Source: Rhynchobatus australiae (taxonomy: Eukaryota). From it: a DNA stretch of 64,000 nucleotides. A program made the translations under genes and the position numbers. The stretch is taken from NCBI GenBank assembly GCA_034780895.1, contig JAUZTB010000027.1, positions 18,578,273 through 18,642,272 on the forward strand, written 5' to 3'. The notes beneath the pieces are model-generated. The model ran no database searches and was not told the origin of the DNA. It saw only the letters and a list, made by a program, of their open reading frames with translations. Positions 49,900 to 63,350 of this stretch are shown piece by piece (positions within the stretch are counted from its first letter, which is position 1; every line of letters starts with the position of its first letter).

Positions 49900-50668
49900 G
49901 AAGAGAATATGGTGGTGGGGTGGAGGGGGCGAAGTTGTGGAAGATGAGGAGGAGGGATAGAGCAGTAAAGGGAATTTCTCTAATAATATGAAGCCAGGAT
50001 TGCCAGGCGAATAGGTTGTCGAGGTCATCAGATGGTGGTGAAAACTCGTGTCCAAAGCAAGGCATAGTGTCCAAAGTTGTATTCAAAGGGGAGTAGTGTT
50101 CTTATTGCAACTTATCAAACATCAGCTTGTGATTACCCTGGTGCTCATTATCTTTTTCAGTATAAATGCAGATGTGTGTTACTGAGAGAAGTTAGAAAGA
50201 GAGAGAAATGGAAGAAAAATGCTGAAGCGTTGAGGGCAGTTAGAGATTGAGAATACAGACCACAGAATATGACAAGGTATGAAATACAGGACTGTAGAAC
50301 ATGCCCAGAAGGTCAGGCTGTGCTAATGGAGAGAGAAAAACTGAACTAATATTGCAGATACAGCAGTGATAGTCAGTTCTAATATAGACAGAGAAGCAAG
50401 TTTCCTGAAACTGGAATTTGTTAGTGGGAATGGAAGACTGCAACGTGCCCACACAGAAGATGAGGTGTTGTTCCTCAAGCTTACATTGTGCGTCATTATA
50501 ACAGTGCAGGAGTCACAGTCAAATAGGTCAGAGTGAGAATGGTATGGAGAATTAAAATAATAAGTAACAAGGAGCTCTGAGTCACTCCTGCAGACTGAAT
50601 GCAAAGCGATCACTAATCTGCATTTAGTTTCTGTGATGCAGTAGAGTCCACTTTCTCAACACTGGAAN
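49900..50668 (-). mobile_element. Penelope-like fragments, degenerate
   Basis: 50400-50660 parallels the GIY-YIG C-terminal region (LHSVCRSDSELLVTYYFNSPYHSHSDL). Confidence 0.6.
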
Positions 50669-50747
50669 NNNNNNNNNNNNNNNNNNNNNNNNNNNNNNNN
50701 NNNNNNNNNNNNNNNNNNNNNNNNNNNNNNNNNNNNNNNNNNNNNNN

Positions 50748-50868
50748 GTTCTGTATGATTATCTATGCCATGAGTGTTATCCTGATCTCTTTGTAATACA
50801 TGTACGAACATTGATGCTATATATTAATCTGTATTGATTTGAAAACTAATAAAAAATGATTGAAAAAA
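50748..50868 (+). mobile_element. Probable L1/Tx1-type LINE 3' end
   Basis: T-rich 3' UTR-like stretch ending CTAATAAAAAATGATTGAAAAAA beside a gap. Confidence 0.35.
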
Positions 50869-52537
50869 CAGAATGTGATAGGCTGAAAGGCCCATTTCTG
50901 TGCTGTACAACTCTATGACCCATAAAGTCCAACTGCAGTCCAATGTTCACTATTTGTTCTCTATCCTCATTGTCCTCCGCTGTGTATGTGTGGTCACCTT
51001 GATGATCAAAGTCTGATTAGCCACCTCGGCTGTGTTCTGCTTACTGAATGGCCTTCTGTGCCATCTTTCTTTATTGTTATCTTGTTACATAGAATGAGGC
51101 AGATAGGTTCCAACAAAAACAGTTTCTCTCAGATGACAAGGTTTTTCAATCTGCTTCAGTTGTGAATTATAATTGTTCTTCAAGCGGATTCCACAGTATT
51201 TTCAACCCGAAACATCTTTCCATAAATGCTGCCCAACCTGCTGAGCATTTCTAAAATTTTCTCTTTATAATCCAGTTCTGTGCTTTTGCCTGACACTGGC
51301 CCCAGCACAGTTATCTGCTGCTAAAGCTCTCAAGGTGGCTATTTTTTTAATCTCTAACCGTAAGTATTCCAATACACTTGTGATAACCTTCCTTTGTTGA
51401 GCTCTTTATAAATATGAGATTGTAAAAATTCCTCAGGAAAACCAAAATTACTGGCCATATTGCTATTAAATCCAGTGCTACCCAAAAGGTGATTAGGCCA
51501 GGTTGTAGAATTCACAAGCAGTTGAGGTAAAGTGCACAGATGCTTTCCAGGGAACGCTAGGCAAACACAATGGGAAAGAGGAACAGATGGATATGCAGAT
51601 AGGATTACATGGAGAGGGGTGGGTAGATGTTCACTTGGATCATAACCTCAGCATAGGCCTGTGCCCTGTTTCTCTGTGTAAACGTTTTATAAAACAATGT
51701 AATTACGTTTAGTGGATTATTGCCAATATGTTTCTAATGATAAGTGAAAATGTTATATAATGTTATAAAAAATACATATAATTTCAATCCCATAAGCACA
51801 ATCATAATCTCAAATATTGGATCACCATAACACAATGCCATCCTGAGTAACCATTCATTATCATTCTGGGTTTGTATTATGAAGTTAATTTCTGTAGTTG
51901 ACAGAACAAAATAACATGGAGCAGCATCAACACTAATTGCCCACACTACATCATACTAAAACATCATTCACAATCCCTTTAATTGGATGTCAGGTTAATT
52001 AATATATTGACACAGTTCTGCTGGTGCTTCCTTATGGTTAAGTATGGGTTTCTTGTGTACTTTTTAGTGGTTTAAAACTTGAACATTAGACACTTTCATA
52101 TAAACTACAGTTTATTTTTAATAATAAATTCCCAGTTTATTTAAATTTTAACACTCAACCCTGTTCACTTCTTCAAATATTACTCCTTGCAGTATTCTTA
52201 TTCATATTCACACTCTATTTTCCTTCCATGTTTGTACATCTTTCTGCATTCCTCAGTCATTTTTATGTAATCTACACTATATACTATTTTCCACAGAATC
52301 TTGAACTTGATAAAAAAAAAGTTCAAATGAAATCGTTCAAATTGAAGTACAATTTAAAGCTTCAGGAAATCAGTCAAACCTTCTTGTCATCACTTTTAAG
52401 TGATACAATGAAACCTCCATATCTGTAATTCTCTAATTAGCCTTATCATTGCAAATTCTTTAGATGTTTTCCACATGTGACAGTATTAGCATGCTTTCTT
52501 ACTTTTACTGATAAACCTGTTTCCAGGATTTAAATGC

Positions 52538-52700
52538 ACAAACACACAAAATGCTGGAGAAACTCAGCAGGTCAGACAGCATCTATGGAGGGAAATGAAC
52601 AGTCCTGTTCATTTGAATGAAGTCAATGAAGTGAACGATGGACTGTTCATTTTGTGTGTGTTGCTCTAGATTTCCAGCATCTGCAGTCTCTCTTGTGTCT
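52538..52700. mobile_element. Penelope-like inverted terminal pair
   Basis: Terminal motif up to AAATGAACAGTCC, then the inverted GGACTGTTCATTT and CCAGCATCTGCAGTCTCTCTTGTGTC. Confidence 0.65.
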
Positions 52701-55700
52701 CCATTTAAATGTACAATCTTATCTGACCACCAACAGCAGTGAGAAGATATCTCTTTGTCTTCCGTATACAAATTGCTCATTACTGAGTTGTAAAGCTGCA
52801 GTACATTATTGTGCTATGAAGCCAATATTGATTGAAGGAATGTGAAATTAGTAATAAATATGCATGAAAAAATACTGCCATTAACATTCCTATATTGATT
52901 TAAGTACCTCTTTCGCAAACTTTTGCTGCAGTTTTGTACGCTGTTAATATGTTTTTAGTTTTCAGCAACTGGATAGTCTTTGGACTAATGACCTTCCCTA
53001 AACTGCCCACTTCAACTAAATGTGACTTCATTATTAACATTTATAAGTTTTGTTAAATATATGAATTCTGTTGCAAGTTTCAGTGATTCTGGTATACGTG
53101 TTTTAATGCTATAATGCACAATTTGTACATACCCATGTACAACAGATTGTTGAAGATTGGATTTGGGGCAAAACTAGTTTCAAGTCATGAGTTTGAGAGG
53201 GATACCTGCTTTAAAGCATGCTGTGAAAAGGCTGTGCTTTATTTTGAACAATATGGTGATAAGAATGAAATAGAATCCGTAGGTTTATTCACCTCTTTTT
53301 TCATAAGGACAACCATTACCATCTAATTTATCTGACATACCAACTGTGGAATTGTTTGTAATTTTGGGCTCCACTCTGAAATATTGACTTGATACAAAGT
53401 TGAAAGTTGTAGGTATTTCCTAATCAAGACCTGTAATGGCGTCAGAATCATAAGACAGACAAGCTCTTAAGGAAGATCAGCATCTCAAATTAATGGACTC
53501 TACTGATCTTCCTTCCATTGAACACCTCCTAATGGATACATGGGACAAAGAGGGAACACTGAGAGGTTTTCAGATTTCTTTCATTACTGGTTAGTCCCAG
53601 ACTGCTAGCATGGGGAGTTGCAGGAAGTTACTGAACTGTGGATTTTGACACATCACACCTATTTCACTTTCTTGCTTTGCTACATAATTTCATGCAAAAT
53701 TTTTGTTAATTATATGTTGAGCATACTTTGGATGCATAGTAAGCAAATATAGAATATAATAGCTGAGTNNNNNNNNNNNNNNNNNNNNNNNNNNNNNNNN
53801 NNNNNNNNNNNNNNNNNNNNNNNNNNNNNNNNNNNNNNNNNNNNNNNNNNNNNNNNNNNNNNNNNNNNAGTCCTGACTTAGTTGAGGCAAAAGCTGGGGG
53901 TTTGCCCTGTAATAGACAGAAGGGCCAAATAAACAGATCTTTCGACCTCTGAGAGCAAGTCAATGATTCATGCTGGTTAGAAATAAACTGGGAACCTTAC
54001 TGCCATTCGCTATTTAAGTTTAGATATAATGATTGGAGAGATTAATGAGTTGCCTGTAGCCAGACACTCATGTTCTGTCTCAACACTGCTTTCAGGAGAA
54101 GAAGAGGATGACCTTTTTTGAAAAAAAAAGAAACATCATTAATTATTTTTTAAAAAGGTTGCAATGATAATTAATTTGGCTAATCATTGACACAATAGTT
54201 AATGTACAGTGAGAATTAACTTTGAGAAATATGTCTAGTAGCAAATAACTTCTTGTCTTGTAATAGTAGACTCAGTTGACTGCTTAGGTTATAGTATATG
54301 TCAAGTTAAAATGCTGTAAATACATCCTAAACTTTCTGGAACTCTTTTTCTAACTAATGTTTCCCATCATTGTCCTTTTTGTTTCTTCAATCCTCTTTCC
54401 TATCATTTTTTTTCTCCTTTCCTTCCTCTTTGTGCCCTGTCTGCCTCCCTTCAAGGTGGGAAGCAAGCTCGAGAGATGTTCTATGTTTATCAGACAGCTT
54501 GTGGCCAGAACTGTTCCAGAGAAGCTATCGCTACTCCCATAAAGTCTCTAAAATCACAATGATATTGTCTGTTTCAACATTTTTCTGATGTATTTTTGTT
54601 CAGTTGTACAGGTTCTAAATATCAAACTGTCTGACTTTTTATCTAGATCAAATTGATACAAATGTTGACNNNNNNNNNNNNNNNNNNNNNNNNNNNNNNN
54701 NNNNNNNNNNNNNNNNNNNNNNNNNNNNNNNNNNNNNNNNNNNNNNNNNNNNNNNNNNNNNNNNNNNNNNNNNNNNNNNNNNNNNNNNNNNNNNNNNNNN
54801 NNNNNNNNNGAGAGCCCCAGCTTTGCTCTTCAGCTCACTGGATGTTAAAGCTGTCATTTGCATTGAATGTTTATAAATGTCTTTGAGCATTCACAACACT
54901 CAAGCATAATTACAATTATGAAAAATCTAAAATATTAAATTTGTTATTGTAAGAAAAAATCATCTGACTTAAAAGAAATCAAACAGAAATGACTGGTCTT
55001 CTTACAACTATTTATCCTCGGGCAAAGCAGGGAGTTTCTGGGAAAGCTGAAGAAGTCTACACTCTCCCATTGGACTCCCATGAGAGTTCACCTCCACTGT
55101 GCAGATATTTCAAGGATGACTCTTGGCTGGAGTGGAAGGCTGGACTTCAGTTTGTGTTCAGTACTCCCACTCTTTATAAGCTTGTAAATGGAAGATCATG
55201 GCAATTAAATCTCTTTCTTTATTTAATCTCATTTGATGTTTTCATCAGCAAAGAAGAACCTGTGAAGCCCTGAAAGAGGGCAAGTTTAATTTCCCTCTGC
55301 AGACCAAAGCTTGAATAAAGCTACTTAATAAAGCTGAATAAATAACTGAAACCAGTCAAAGTTTACATGTTAGCTGTTTAGAACCCAGATAGGCAGTGTA
55401 GCTTGTTGCAGCTTTGCATTTTGACAGTGCCATCCAGTTGTTGAGGTCAGTACAACATTCTTTAGTAGGAAAGGTCACTACACCACCATCCAGTGATAAA
55501 AATTATGATATATAGTATAATGAAACTGTTCCCTTGTGAGCTTCAATAGAATGTCTTTGCTGCTGGAGCAGAATGGTGAATATTATTTTCTTCAGTGAAA
55601 TAAGATTAAATTTTGAAGTCTATTTTGTCAGGGAGGTAAAGTTAAAAGCAGCATGTGGATAATTTTATAATTGCCCTTCTGTATGTCGCATGGCTAATGT

Positions 55701-58700
55701 AATCATTCTTATATTAAGAGAGCAGAAAAATGAATTCCTTTTGGAGTTTTCATATGTTTTATTTCTAACATGACTTTTTAGACTTGGCCATATGTTTTAA
55801 TTAAATTTTCTCAGAAAAAAAATCCATCACCTGTAATTGTATTTCACTTAAAATCACTTAAAATTTCTGGAATTTGCTGTAAATCACCTGCAAAATTTCA
55901 GATTAATCCAATGAACCATATTACAAAGTCTGTCAATTTTAGAAAACTGAACTAGCAACAGTGACAACAAGCACAAGTCTAATAAAATTCAGAAACAATA
56001 GATTATTTTGTTTGTAAAACCTTTTCTTTTAAAATTTCTCTTAATTTCTCCTGCCTACTGCCCAACTAGCCACAGATCTTGCCTTTTGTTCTTTCCTCAT
56101 CTCTGCTTTTTCACTGCATTTTAAAATGAATTTATCTCCAACTGTTCCCAATTCTGATGAATAGTCATCAATCTGAAACATTAGCTCTGTTTCCCTCTCT
56201 CCTCATATGCTGCATGAAATGCTCTCTCCAGAATTTTCTGTTTCAGATTTCCAGGAATGGCAATATTTTTGCTTTTGTATTTTTAATTCCCTTTACTACA
56301 CTTCCTCTCTCCTGAAATCTTTAATTGCTTCCTGTTAAACATTTCATAGGTGGAAGCTTTCTTAACTTATCAGTCAATATAATGAGTGTTTGCATACTAT
56401 TTAACCATAAGATGTATTTTTTCTGTCCTGATTCTCTTCTGGCAGTAATCACTGCCCATCACTTCACCTCATTGAAATCACATGCACCCTTCCTACTCCC
56501 TTTAGTTAAAATAGAATTTTGCATTTACTTGTAGCACCAGGACGGCACTGCACCCCTTAGTTAACTTATTTAACATTGTACAGACCTAAGCTATCACAAT
56601 CCTTTACAAAAAACATGCATAAATTCACCACATTTTGCAGGAGGAGATGATCCAAAAAAATCCCTTCACTTCCTCACTTTATGCAGAAAAACTCAGGCTG
56701 CATTATTAAACATAGACTCTGGGATTTAGTAACTGATTGGAAGTGCCCAGTCTGTCAGCCTGCTCCACCCATATGCATCCTATGGAGTCCCACTGTGGGG
56801 TTTGGTTGTAACATACACTGGGGATCACCACCTGGACCTTGTGCAAGGTTAGAGCTGGCGCAGGATCTAAGCTCCATTAATTTGTAAGGTGATTGTAGAA
56901 CAAAGGTGAAGATATTTTTAATAATTTATTTTGTTTTGTTTTAGATTTTAATTATTTGAGTATTTATGAATTATTTTATATTTCTGCTTTTATGTGACAT
57001 TAATAATTACTAAATGAATCAGAATGTCAATTCAAATTAATGCCAACTTTCAAATAGGCACAGTCCCAGCCCTAGCTTTGCCCCTGTGAGGGGTATCTTA
57101 GGAGCACCTGAGACCCAATTGCTATCCAACCACACTGGTGAAATTCAGTCTGCAGAGGGCCAATGAGATAGGTTGCCTGCATATAGCCCAGGTAAATGTG
57201 GGCACGGTGGACTGTGGGAAGCAGTTCTGGGTGGGAGGTTTGGACCAGCATGATCTGTCCCATAAATCTTCCTTCAATAAAAACTGGAGAAAGAACATCA
57301 TATTTTCCATTAAGTGGTCTGCATTCTTGATACAGAACTATGAGGTTTAATTTTGCAAACCTCCAGTGCAGATGAAGAATCTTGCTTTGAATTAGTACAG
57401 ATCAGAGAATTAGAATTTCCAGCAATAACCCAACCCACACATGCCAGCAAGATTCTGCAAAAAAAAACTGTGTGAAATTAACCCTCTTGTTGGTCTCTAA
57501 GGACCAGTCACATTGCCTTTTCTTCCAACTCTTTCAAACTCTCTCATTATCAAATCACACTGTAATTAAATTTATTTTCATATGATTTAATCCATGAAGA
57601 TTAACATTATGTCTCTTATTAACCTTTCATCAGAAAGTGGTTCATTGATGTAAAGCTGACAATTGGCTAAATCGCTGCACCAAATCTAAATTAATTTACT
57701 TGCCAATTCAGCATTTGTTATAGGCAGATTAAGCCAACCTCCTGACTTTGTAGAAAACAGAGCCTTTGTTTGAAATGCCCAATTGAACAGCACCATGCAC
57801 AATGAAACGCAAACTGTGATTATCGATTAAAAAATGTAGATTTACCAAGAGGTTTTCATTTAATAAATTCTATCAGATATACTTGTATAGCACATAATAA
57901 GCAGAAAATAAAGAACATTCACCAGGAATAATTAAATGCTGATGCAATTTGAAAAAGTACAAATAATACTTAAAACTGATAATTGCAGCTTGAAAGTTTC
58001 CCAGTTGCTTTCCCAGGGCTGGTTTACCAGGTCAAATGTATTTTAGCCTTTCATACAATCAAGATGAACACAGGCAATTGGAAAATAAACCATTTTGTCA
58101 GTATTCCACCCTTTGAATATCACATTCCAATTTGCAATTGGTTTTTATATTGAAGCAGGAAATGTGCACAATCATACCAGTTATAATTTAAAATGATTCA
58201 AGAATCATGTAATAATACATTGGGGACATTGGGTGAAAGATCCAGTATCAAGGAAATGGGGGTGTCTAGTATTTAAAAAAAATCCATGCTGGCTTTCTCT
58301 TCAGCATCAAGTTGAAGTGTGTAATCATTCAGGGATTTTCTTAGCTAGTATCACCTAACTTGGGAATATATTGCTACTCCTTGATCATCACTGTTTTAAA
58401 ATCCTGCAATCTTCCACCTTCAGGAAAGATTTCAGCACCTTCATATAGGATACTCAGTTAAATTTAAAAAAAGTTTAGGTAGAGCCCTTAAGGTTATCCT
58501 AGTTTGTTGAACTTATATTATTAATACACTGTTTTCAGTTCCTTTAAGAAATGCCCTTCCTGGATCTATGGCCAAAATATACTTTACTTTGTTGGCAGTT
58601 CTGCAGAAAAATGTTAGTGAGGAACTCTTTGCTGGTCAGCTCATATCTGAATTTCTGCACCTGAGAATTGCAATACTGAAGTATGAGATGAGCTGGAGAT

Positions 58701-60479
58701 CAGGTACTAGTGCAATGTTAGCTGGGACAACTGAACTGCTCCCTTTCTGAGGTCACTGCTGAATCTAGCAGTGGATCACAAAAATACTTAGCTGAGGCCC
58801 TGGATATATTTTGCATCTGTCCCCTCAGTTTTACCTCAGGGATGGCTCTATATGTAATGTAATCCCATTTATTCAAATAGAGCCACCAAGCTGGATTTAA
58901 AAGGTAAATGCATGCAAGTGATTTGTTTCTTTTCTTTTACTTGATTTTAATGTTTTAATTTGATATATATCACTTAAATGTGTTTTTAAGTAAATTTATT
59001 TCCATTTTAAAATATTTTTATGATTTTTAAAATGTTTGAATTATTTATAAATTCTCTGATCACCGAGAAACTTAAAATCGGTTCAAAGGCCATTATCAGC
59101 AGTGGTCAGTTAAAAGACCATCAGGGCATTTCTCCTGAGGCCCTGTAATTGGTGCTGGCTTCTTTTGCCTCATAGGATGACCACAAAGGCAAGACCTGGA
59201 GAACACGTAAACATTTGGAGTCACAGGGCTGGAAAATGCAGTTGCATCCATGACAATAGCATGGAGTTTGGGACATTGAGCCTGAGAAGTGTGTAGATTA
59301 AGTGCAGTCCAGCCCAATGTTCTGCAGAATGGACTATTGGTAGAGAATGATGTTACTCAACTTCTCAACTGTAGCAATATTGATTGACAGACTCAGTGTG
59401 TCTGCAAAAATCTTCAATATTGATAGTCTGCTAAAATGGATATTGCTTTTTTTTGAATGAAGGTAGCTTTTGGAAAGTTAAGTTTGTTTTGGTGCCATTA
59501 AGACATGAGCAGTCAAGTCTGTCATTCTACTTTTAGTTTGAATAAGGAAGTATTGTATAATTGCATGTAGCATATTATTTTTACATCCCACATTACACAA
59601 TCAGTTTTCAATGTGTAAATACTGATTGCTTCTTTTATAGCACTAATGACTATGCAGAGAAAAGCAATAACTGATGGACCCATTTTTTATAGAAATTATT
59701 TTGTTTTTGACAAATTGTTGTTCCTATCAGGTGTCGTGAACAGAGTTATGTGAGAAATGTTCACATTATTTCTTCCTCAGAAAATTGAAGTGATTTACAT
59801 GCTTCCTGGTAATGTACTTTTCTGGGTCCTAATAATTTATCAAATATGTTAATTTGCCAATGAAGAAGAAATGAAATTAGACTGGAAATGCACAAATGTC
59901 ATTAAAAATGTAATCAAACATAAAATGAGATCAGTAAGAGTTTATCTGGCATTTGAGGAAAAAGACATTCTGCCTGATAGAAGATTTAAAAGACAGAATG
60001 TTAATTTAGTTCATCTGTAACAAAATTCCTTCAGGCAAAATGAAACAGTTTATCTGACAGCTTTTGTAAGTCCAGCTAATTTTCAACACGGCTTTTTAAT
60101 ACCCAGTTTTATCATCCGTTGCATGAATTGTTTGAATGGGTTTAAGACTTTTCACCTTGAATGTTTGTCAATTCAGAAATTAATTTGCATGGTAAATATT
60201 CATATAAATATGCGGATGATATGCTTCATTTTTTTCTCCCCAAGGAACTCAGCTCCAGTGGATACTTGTTTGTCTTTGATTCATTGGAGTAGTTTTGCTA
60301 ACCATATTCTTTGTATTGAAATACTTCGCAGCAAAAATTAACTTGAGGTTTGGTTGATTTTTTTTTCTTTTATTTACCAAAATACTGCCTAGATCACATG
60401 CATATTTTCTCAGTTTGGATACCTCAGTAACAAAGATCTCTTGTTAGATCTTCATAATTATTTTGAGGAAGGGCAATGA

Positions 60480-60940
60480 ATCATTTCTGAGATTTACAAA
60501 GACGTTGCCAGAACTGGAAAACGTTAGTTTTTGGAAAGATTGAAGAGATTTGGAACAGAGCAAACTTATGAGAGGCTTTATTAGAGTGTATAAAAATATG
60601 AGAGGCCAAGATAAAGTAAATAAGAAGAACCTATTTCCCTTGATTGAGGGGCCAAAAACCAGGAGAAGTAGATTTAGTGATTGGTTGAACAATTAGAGGG
60701 AGATGAGAAAAATCCTTTTCACCTGGGAAGGGATGGTCAGGAAATTACTGTCTAAAAGGATGGTAGAGGAAAACCCCTAAACACATTGAAAAAGTGCCTG
60801 GATGCGTAGTGGAAGAGCCATGATTTGCAGGGCCAAGGATCAAATGTTGGAAGGTGGTCTTAGGAGTATAGCTCTTTCTCAACTGGTACAGAAACATGGG
60901 CCAATTGGGCTTCTCATCTGTCATAATTTTTCTATGATCC
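60480..60940 (+). mobile_element. CR1 LINE 3' end, degenerate
   Basis: ATTTACAAAGACGTTGCCAGAACTGG...AGAGTGTATAAAAATATGAGAGG...CTATTTCCC, ending in a TTCTATGAT tail. Confidence 0.7.
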
Positions 60941-61139
60941 CGTGTATTCCTAGAAATATCATGCTACATGGAAGTATACAGCATACTCTTATTCTTTCTG
61001 TTATTTATGAGGCTTTCCCAATGTGTTTCTGTTTTTCATAGCAGTTTCTCCAATGCCAATGTTATCTTTTCTTGTGTTTTTTTTAAAAGAAGGTGTTTCT
61101 ACTGTTTTGTATTTTAGCCAATCATTGAAATAAAGAAAC

Positions 61140-61900
61140 AATTTTAACGCAGGTGGAGAACATTAGACCCTACTTGCCTGATTGAATTTTGGTCCCTCTT
61201 GGGGCTGATTTTACATGGTCCTAATACTTCTTTTCCTCCCATATCTGCACATTTTTCTTCTCTCAGTAATTATCCCATATCTTTTGGAATGTGAAAATCA
61301 ATTTAGCATCATTAATTGCCGCATTAATTACCCACTTGCAGCAAAGCATTTCACATTCCAGCAACTCCTTCTGCAAAAGCATTCCTTCTAATCTCCCTCT
61401 TTCTGGCATTAATCTGAAGATTGTGTCCTCTGGTATCAGATTTACCTCCTACTTATAATTTATTTATTCATTCCTTTTTTAAAAATCATTTGAACATTTC
61501 TTCCAAATTTCCTTAATATTCACAGCTCCAAAGAATGTGGCCTCAACTGGTCAAGCCTTTCCTTTTAACTCAGACCTCTCATCGCCCCTGTGTATCTGCA
61601 ATACATTTTCTCCAGAGTGAGAATTCTGCTCTTAGTGGGGAGCTCAAAATTGCATAAGTAATCCAGATGTGGCCTAAGCATCGTATTGCAGCTGTCACGA
61701 CCTCTTTGCTTCTGTTTTCAATCCCCTTTGGTTATAAATTCCAAAGTTTTATCTGCCTTCTTTATTTTCACATTGACCTGTTCACCCACTCGTAAGGATA
61801 TATGTATTTGCAAAGCTAGACTCCTTTCTCCTGCAATGCATAGTCTTTATGATCTTTTGCTTCATTAAGTTTCTTTATATTCTGACTTTGATACTTATGA
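61140..61900 (-). mobile_element. Very old CR1-like 3' part
   Basis: Residual motifs (CTCCAAAGAA, CCAGATGTGGCCTAA, GCCTTCTTTATT) in CR1 order. Confidence 0.4.
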
Positions 61901-63029
61901 TTCATTCCATGCAAAAGTGTTCTGTCTGTGACCTAGGTGAGCCTCACTAAAGCCTTGTATTTCCTGTACTTCATGTTGATTTGCTTGCAGTAAGCCTTTT
62001 GTGATTCTTGCAGTCCTTGTTCATTCTCCTTTCCTCACTCCAGTTCCTTGCCTTTAATTTTGGAGAGGTTTTGAATGTCTTTAACAATGACTGTAGACCC
62101 TATAAAGTCACAAAGCTTAAAGGCAAATTAGGGCAAGGATACTCACTTACCATTTTCTTTCATACAAACTTCCACTTAGAACTTTACCTGCAGAATATCA
62201 TGGCCACAACAGGCTAACTCCAAGGTACCAGTAACTGAAAGGCAAAAAGCCTTCAGATGCTGGAAATCTGAAATACAAGTAGAAAGCACTTGGAAACACT
62301 CAGTAGGTCAGTGAGCACCTGCAAAAACATAAAGAGAGTTGGCATTTTAGGTTTTGATTTTCATTAGAAATGGAAAGGCATGAAATGGAAATGAAAAATT
62401 GAGAAACCAAGTGAGTGTTAAGCTTAGAAAATGGAAGGGATAGTGAGAACAAAGCAAATGTATGTGATAGGATGGAGTGCATGGTTATCCAAGTAACACA
62501 GTGCTTTCGGTGCCATCTTGGTGATAGATGAATGAGGGCAGATTGAAAGAGGATAAAGCATTATTCTGGAACTGTGAAACACAGAACACAGTAGCTGCTA
62601 TAAATCTGAAACAAAGAGAATGGTGGAAGTACTCCACAGATCTGGTAGCAGCTACAAAGAGCTAGGTGACCGGGCTGATGCATGACATTGATTTGATCTC
62701 AGTCTTGATAATAATATTTAGAAGTTAGTAAGAAAAAGTAATTTTACATTACCAGAAAATGTAACGAACACTTTTTCCATTGTGTTGGTCATGGTGAATT
62801 GCTGGGTATGGAATTGCAAAAGCCTCACTTTCCCAGTTGAAAATATTTTATCTCCTGCTCATAAGAGGAAACATTTCTCTCCTAACCAACTCCATCTTGA
62901 TCTCTGATTTTATTGCAAATTTTCTGTCAGAGAATGTATTTTGTTCATTCTATTTGTTTCTGCCTCATGCTCCTCCTCAGAATAGCTTCATATTGTAAAT
63001 GTATCTCATGTATGGTGCTGTACTAGAAG

Positions 63030-63350
63030 CCTTGTTGTATTGTGAGTTGTATTATGTTGTAGAGGGCGCTGAAGAGAGACAGTTGAAGGAAGTCAAGGAT
63101 AGATCCTGGGGGAGTACACAGGTAATGATGTGGCACAGGAAGGGAAATCATTGCAGCTGATTCTCTGAGTATGGCTACACCCAGCTGGTGGATAAGTGTT
63201 GGTTGATGGGAATGGCAGTCAACCATGTCAAGTATAGCCGGTAGATTAAAAAGAAGTGATAAGATTACTTGCGTCAGAATTATATAGGATATTGTTAGTG
63301 ATTTTGATGAAAGCCTGCATCAGTGCTATAGCACTGCAAAGACCTGGTTG
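63030..63350 (-). mobile_element. L2-clade LINE RT fragment, degenerate
   Basis: Minus ORF CTPPGSILDFLQL resembles the RT motif GVPQGSILGPLLF. Confidence 0.45.

Noticed and set aside
59640-60350. Several AG/GT-bounded exon-like segments
   Set aside because: Stop codons or no recognisable product, and weak donors; expected by chance in T-rich DNA.
441-62330. Recurrent GCTGGAGGAACTCAGCAGGTCAGGCAGCATC motif as a CRISPR-like or regulatory array
   Set aside because: Dispersed, irregular and in both orientations; it is the Penelope-like terminal repeat in a eukaryotic genome.
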